Part shown: positions 60,317-64,000 of the stretch, piece after piece
Layout of the letters: the number at the start of each line of letters is the position of its first letter
Numbering within the stretch: the stretch's first letter is position 1
NCBI GenBank assembly: GCA_965202805.1
Contig: OZ241869.1
Coordinates: 1,664,001-1,728,000 of the forward strand
Direction: 5' to 3'
Origin: Longimicrobiales bacterium
Lineage (GTDB): Bacteria > Gemmatimonadota > Gemmatimonadetes > Longimicrobiales > Gaopeijiaceae
DNA: 64,000 nucleotides
Notes under the pieces: model-generated
What the model saw: the letters and a program-made list of their open reading frames with translations, nothing else
What the model was told of the DNA's origin: nothing
Databases searched by the model: none
Position numbers and translations under genes: made by a program

Positions 60317-63046
60317 ATGATGACTTGGTTTGTGACTCACATCCGGTTTGGCTACGTGGCCCTGGCCGGCTGTGTTGCGCTCCTGGTCCTGGCCGGCCCC
60401 GTTGGGCTCGCGGCCCAGTCGACGGACGGCGCGCGCGGGCTCGATCGGGTGCTGGCGTTTCCGGCTGCGGTGGCCGAGGAGCGGCTCGATCCCGACCGGG
60501 GCGCGATGGGGGCATGGCAGCGCATTCTGAAGCTGCGCACGACCGCGAGCCTGCTCCATGTGACCGCCCATCCCGACGACGAGAACTCGGGCATGCTCAC
60601 GCTCGCCAGCCGCGGCTGGGGGGCGCGCACCGCCCTGCTGAGCCTGAACCGGGGGGAGGCCGGCGCCAACGCCATCGGCCCCGAGCTCTTCGACGGTCTG
60701 GGGCTGATCCGCACGCGCGAGCTGGTGCTGGCGGGCCGCTACTACGGCCTGGACGACCTCTATTTCACCACAGCGGTGGACTACGGCTACTCCAAGACGG
60801 TGGAAGAGGCCTACCGGAGTTGGGACCGGGAGGCCGTGCTGGAGGACATGGTGCGGGTGATCCGCCTGAACCGCCCGCTCGTGGTGGTGGCCCGGTTCCA
60901 CGGGTCGAGGCGGGACGGACACGGTCATCACCACGCGTCCGGGCTCCTGACGCCCGAGGCAGTGGAGGCGGCTGCGGATCCGGCCCGGTTCCCGCGACAG
61001 ATCGAGCAGGAGGGGCTTCGGCCCTGGCGGGCGCTCCGCACCTACCGCGGCGGAATTCGAGTGGACGAGCCGTTCCACGTGGAGGTGGATGCCCGCGGCG
61101 AGAGTCCGTGGGTCGGTACGAGCTTTCAGCGATGGGCCAGCCGGGGGCTCGGCCTCCAGCGCTCGCAGACTGCGGGACGGGTGCGAACCGGGGGCGGACT
61201 CTATAGATACGAGTTGCGTGATGCGGGCGGGAGCGCGGGCGCGCGCGGGCGAACCGATGGAGCTTTGCCCCCGGGTCAAGCCGAGGCTTCCTTCTTTGCC
61301 GGTCTGGACACGTCGCTGAACGGGCTTCCCGGCCTGCTGGGCGAGACGGCGAGCCCGGAGAGCGGCGCGTTGCTGGCGCAGCTTCAGGGACTGGTCGATG
61401 AGGTCATCGCCGGGTTCGACTTTCGCGCCCCGGGGCAGTCCGTGCCCGACCTGGTCCGGGGTCTCGGTCTCTTGCGCTCTGCGATTGCGTCCTCTGCGGC
61501 CGCGCCCGAGACCCGGTTCCATCTGCGGCTGAAGGAACGGCAGTTCGAAGACGCCATCGCCGCCGCTGCCGGCCTTCGCGTCGAGGCGGGACTGCCGGGT
61601 GGAGCGGCCGGCGCGGTGGTTGTGCCCGGCCGGACTCTGGCGGTCGGAATCGAGGTCGAGGCGTCCGGAGCTGCAGGTGTTCGAGTCTCGGAGGCCCGGA
61701 TCGTCGACCGGGTTGGGGTCGTGTTGGGCCGCACTGCCGGCTTTGCTCGCGCGGGGAATGGCTTTGCGGCCGAAATCGAGGTGCGGGTGCCCGAGGCGGG
61801 CGCCGATGCGATGGCCGCCGCTCCCTACTTCGCGCGCGACGGGCTCGCGCAGAACCACTACCAGGTGGCGGACTCGGCGGACCTGCACCTTCCGTGGCGG
61901 CGCCCCGCCCTGTCGGTTGCCGTCGACCTGGAAGTTCAGGGGACCACCGTGGTGCGGACCACCCCCCTCACCGCCCCCGTGCCCCGCCTGCCGTACGGGT
62001 CGGTGACGCGCCCGGTCGCGGTGCTGCCCGCCCTGTCGGTCGTGGTCGAGCCGGCCGTTCGGGTGGTCCCGGTGGAGGCCGCGGGCGCGCCCCTCCCCAT
62101 CCAGGTGCGCGTCACCGCCAACACTGCCCCTCTCCCCACCACGACCCGCCTGGAAGTCCCCACCGGCTGGGCCGCCGCGCCCGCCACCGTGGCGCACGAC
62201 TTCTCCCGCGCGGGCGAGGTGGGCGAGGTGGCCTTCGAGGTCACCCCACCGGACGGGTGGAGGGGCGCCGCTACCATCGAGGCGGTGTCGCGGGCGGGCG
62301 GACGCGAATACCGCACCGGCTACCAGACCATCGACCACCGCGACCTCCGGCTGGCCCGCCTGTGGCGCCCCGCCACCACCACCGTGCGGTCGGTGCCGGT
62401 CGCCCGTCTGGACGGCGCGCGCGTCGGCTACGTGATGGGCGTGGGCGACGAGGTGCCGGCCGGAATCGAGGCACTGGGCGCTCAGGTCGACCTCCTCGAC
62501 GCGGCCGCCCTCGCGGACCCCGCGTCGCTCACCGAACTCGACGCCATCGTGGTCGGCACGCGGGCCTACGCCGTGCGGCCGGACCTCCTCGAGCACAACC
62601 AGCGCCTGATCGAGTACGCGCGCGCCGGCGGCCACCTGGTGATCCTCTACCAGACACAGGAGTTCGTGCCCGGGGAGATGGCCCCCTACCCCGCCTCCCT
62701 CCCGCGCGGCGCGGAGGAGGTTTCGGAAGAGGACGCGCCGGTGCGCCTGCTCCAGCCGTCCCATCGGTTCATGACAACGCCCAACCGCATCACCGAAGCC
62801 GACTTCGACGGATGGGTCGAGCAGCGCGGATCCAAGTTCTTCACCGAGTGGGATGCCGCGTACACTCCGCTGGTGGAGACCCACGACCAGGGACAGGAAC
62901 CGCAGGAAGGAATCTGGCTCACGGCCGAACTCGGCGAGGGCCACTACACCTATCTCGCACTCGCCCTGCATCGCCAGTTGCCCTACGGCGTCCCGGGCGC
63001 GTACCGCATCCTCTCCAACGTGCTCTCCGCGGGTGCGGGTCGCTGA
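60317..63046 (+). CDS. Secreted PIG-L/LmbE family deacetylase, multidomain
   Basis: AHPDDE, RGEAG, HGHH; C-terminal GATase-like domain VGYVMGVGD. Confidence 0.9.
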   Translation: MMTWFVTHIRFGYVALAGCVALLVLAGPVGLAAQSTDGARGLDRVLAFPAAVAEERLDPDRGAMGAWQRILKLRTTASLLHVTAHPDDENSGMLTLASRGWGARTALLSLNRGEAGANAIGPELFDGLGLIRTRELVLAGRYYGLDDLYFTTAVDYGYSKTVEEAYRSWDREAVLEDMVRVIRLNRPLVVVARFHGSRRDGHGHHHASGLLTPEAVEAAADPARFPRQIEQEGLRPWRALRTYRGGIRVDEPFHVEVDARGESPWVGTSFQRWASRGLGLQRSQTAGRVRTGGGLYRYELRDAGGSAGARGRTDGALPPGQAEASFFAGLDTSLNGLPGLLGETASPESGALLAQLQGLVDEVIAGFDFRAPGQSVPDLVRGLGLLRSAIASSAAAPETRFHLRLKERQFEDAIAAAAGLRVEAGLPGGAAGAVVVPGRTLAVGIEVEASGAAGVRVSEARIVDRVGVVLGRTAGFARAGNGFAAEIEVRVPEAGADAMAAAPYFARDGLAQNHYQVADSADLHLPWRRPALSVAVDLEVQGTTVVRTTPLTAPVPRLPYGSVTRPVAVLPALSVVVEPAVRVVPVEAAGAPLPIQVRVTANTAPLPTTTRLEVPTGWAAAPATVAHDFSRAGEVGEVAFEVTPPDGWRGAATIEAVSRAGGREYRTGYQTIDHRDLRLARLWRPATTTVRSVPVARLDGARVGYVMGVGDEVPAGIEALGAQVDLLDAAALADPASLTELDAIVVGTRAYAVRPDLLEHNQRLIEYARAGGHLVILYQTQEFVPGEMAPYPASLPRGAEEVSEEDAPVRLLQPSHRFMTTPNRITEADFDGWVEQRGSKFFTEWDAAYTPLVETHDQGQEPQEGIWLTAELGEGHYTYLALALHRQLPYGVPGAYRILSNVLSAGAGR

Positions 63047-63066
63047 ACGGTGCATCAGTCGCCCAG

Positions 63067-63164
63067 CGTCCCAAGTCGACATCCCGGCGCCCGCGCACCG
63101 AAACGAAGCCAACCCTCGATCCGTCCCAAATCCACATCCCGGCGCCCGCGCATTGCAACGACGC
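63067..63164. repeat. Two-copy imperfect direct repeat, 55-bp period
   Basis: cgtcccaa.tc.acatcccggcgcccgcgca at 63067 and 63122. Confidence 0.8.
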
Positions 63165-63186
63165 CGGCACCGCACCCCGCTGACCC

Positions 63187-64000
63187 ATGGCCCTGACCTC
63201 CCTCGACTGGATCGTCGTCGCCGTCTACGGCGCCGTGGTGCTCGCCATCGGCTTCGGCATGGCGCGGCGCGCGAGCGGGAGCGTGGAGAACTACTTCATC
63301 GCCGGACGGTCCCTGCCGTGGTGGCTGGCGGGCACCTCCATCGCCGCGACCTGGTTCGCCAGCGACGCGCCCCTCGCCACCGCCGCACTGGTGCGCCAGC
63401 AGGGCATCTTCGGGAACTGGCTGTGGTGGTACGAGGCGGCCGGCATCCTCATGCTGACCTTCTTCTACGCCCGACTCTGGCGCCGCGCCGGGGTGCTCAC
63501 CGACGCCGAGGTGATCGAGATCCGCTACGGAGGCGCGCCCGCCCGCATCCTGCGCGGCTTCTCCGCCGTCTACCAGGGACTGATCAGGAACGCCGTGGTG
63601 ATGGGCTGGGTGATGCTCGCGATGGTGAAGTTCAGCAGCGTGCTGCTGGGGTGGGACCCCGCCCTCACCCTGACCGTCTGCGTCGGGCTGGCGCTGGCCT
63701 ACACGGTGGCCTCCGGGCTCTGGGGCGTCGTCGTCACCGATCTGATCCAGTTCATCGCCGGCATGCTCGGCGCGCTGACCCTCGCCGGCATCGTGCTGAA
63801 CCGCTTCGGCGGCCCCGCCGCCATGGCCGACGCCATCCGGGACGTCCCACAAGCCCCTCCCGGCGCCCTCGACCTGGTGCCAACCGCCGCGAACGCCTCG
63901 TCGCTCGAGATGGTCTCGTTCCTTTGCCTCATCCTCGTCCTCTGGCTGAGGAGCGGACAGGGCGACGGCTACGTGGCCCAGCGCCTGTTCGCGACCCGTG
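63187..64000 (+). CDS. Sodium:solute symporter (runs off the window end)
   Basis: LDWIVV..YFIAGRSLPWWLAGTSIAATWF..GLWGVVVTDLIQF. Confidence 0.9.
   Translation, partial: MALTSLDWIVVAVYGAVVLAIGFGMARRASGSVENYFIAGRSLPWWLAGTSIAATWFASDAPLATAALVRQQGIFGNWLWWYEAAGILMLTFFYARLWRRAGVLTDAEVIEIRYGGAPARILRGFSAVYQGLIRNAVVMGWVMLAMVKFSSVLLGWDPALTLTVCVGLALAYTVASGLWGVVVTDLIQFIAGMLGALTLAGIVLNRFGGPAAMADAIRDVPQAPPGALDLVPTAANASSLEMVSFLCLILVLWLRSGQGDGYVAQRLFATR

Noticed and set aside
63067..63164. 55-bp period repeat as a functional array
   Set aside because: Only two imperfect copies; likely a REP-like element or local duplication
60197..63175. 992-aa - strand ORF
   Set aside because: Antisense shadow of the PIG-L gene
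1..64000. CRISPR array or tRNA genes
   Set aside because: No run of three or more regularly spaced repeats with unique spacers and no cloverleaf recognised; the paired 10-mers are too short and too few

Overview
High-GC bacterial chromosomal window (by eye about 65-70% GC). The gene repertoire is compatible with a Gemmatimonadota-like lineage, but that is inference only. It is dominated by solute uptake and catabolism genes: DUF819, an NCS2 permease, TRAP dctPQM, an amidase, a peptide-type ABC cluster with embedded catabolic enzymes, TctABC with MmgE/PrpD, SLC13, AtoE, SSS and a MacAB-like exporter. A patchwork accessory zone at about 24.9-55.7 kb holds an ABC-ATPase/PIN/RNA-ligase operon, an Rpn nuclease, integrase, IS481 and IS1595 remnants, HNH and TIGR04141-like genes, orphan antitoxins and a UGSC selenoprotein. 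The most striking unexplained feature is a ~1.35 kb non-coding stretch (about 33230-34590). It is packed with nested stems, GNRA/UNCG tetraloops, G-U wobbles and 5'/3' end pairing, and lies behind an extended -10 promoter: a candidate giant structured ncRNA. All calls were made by eye from motifs; no database searches or folding were run.
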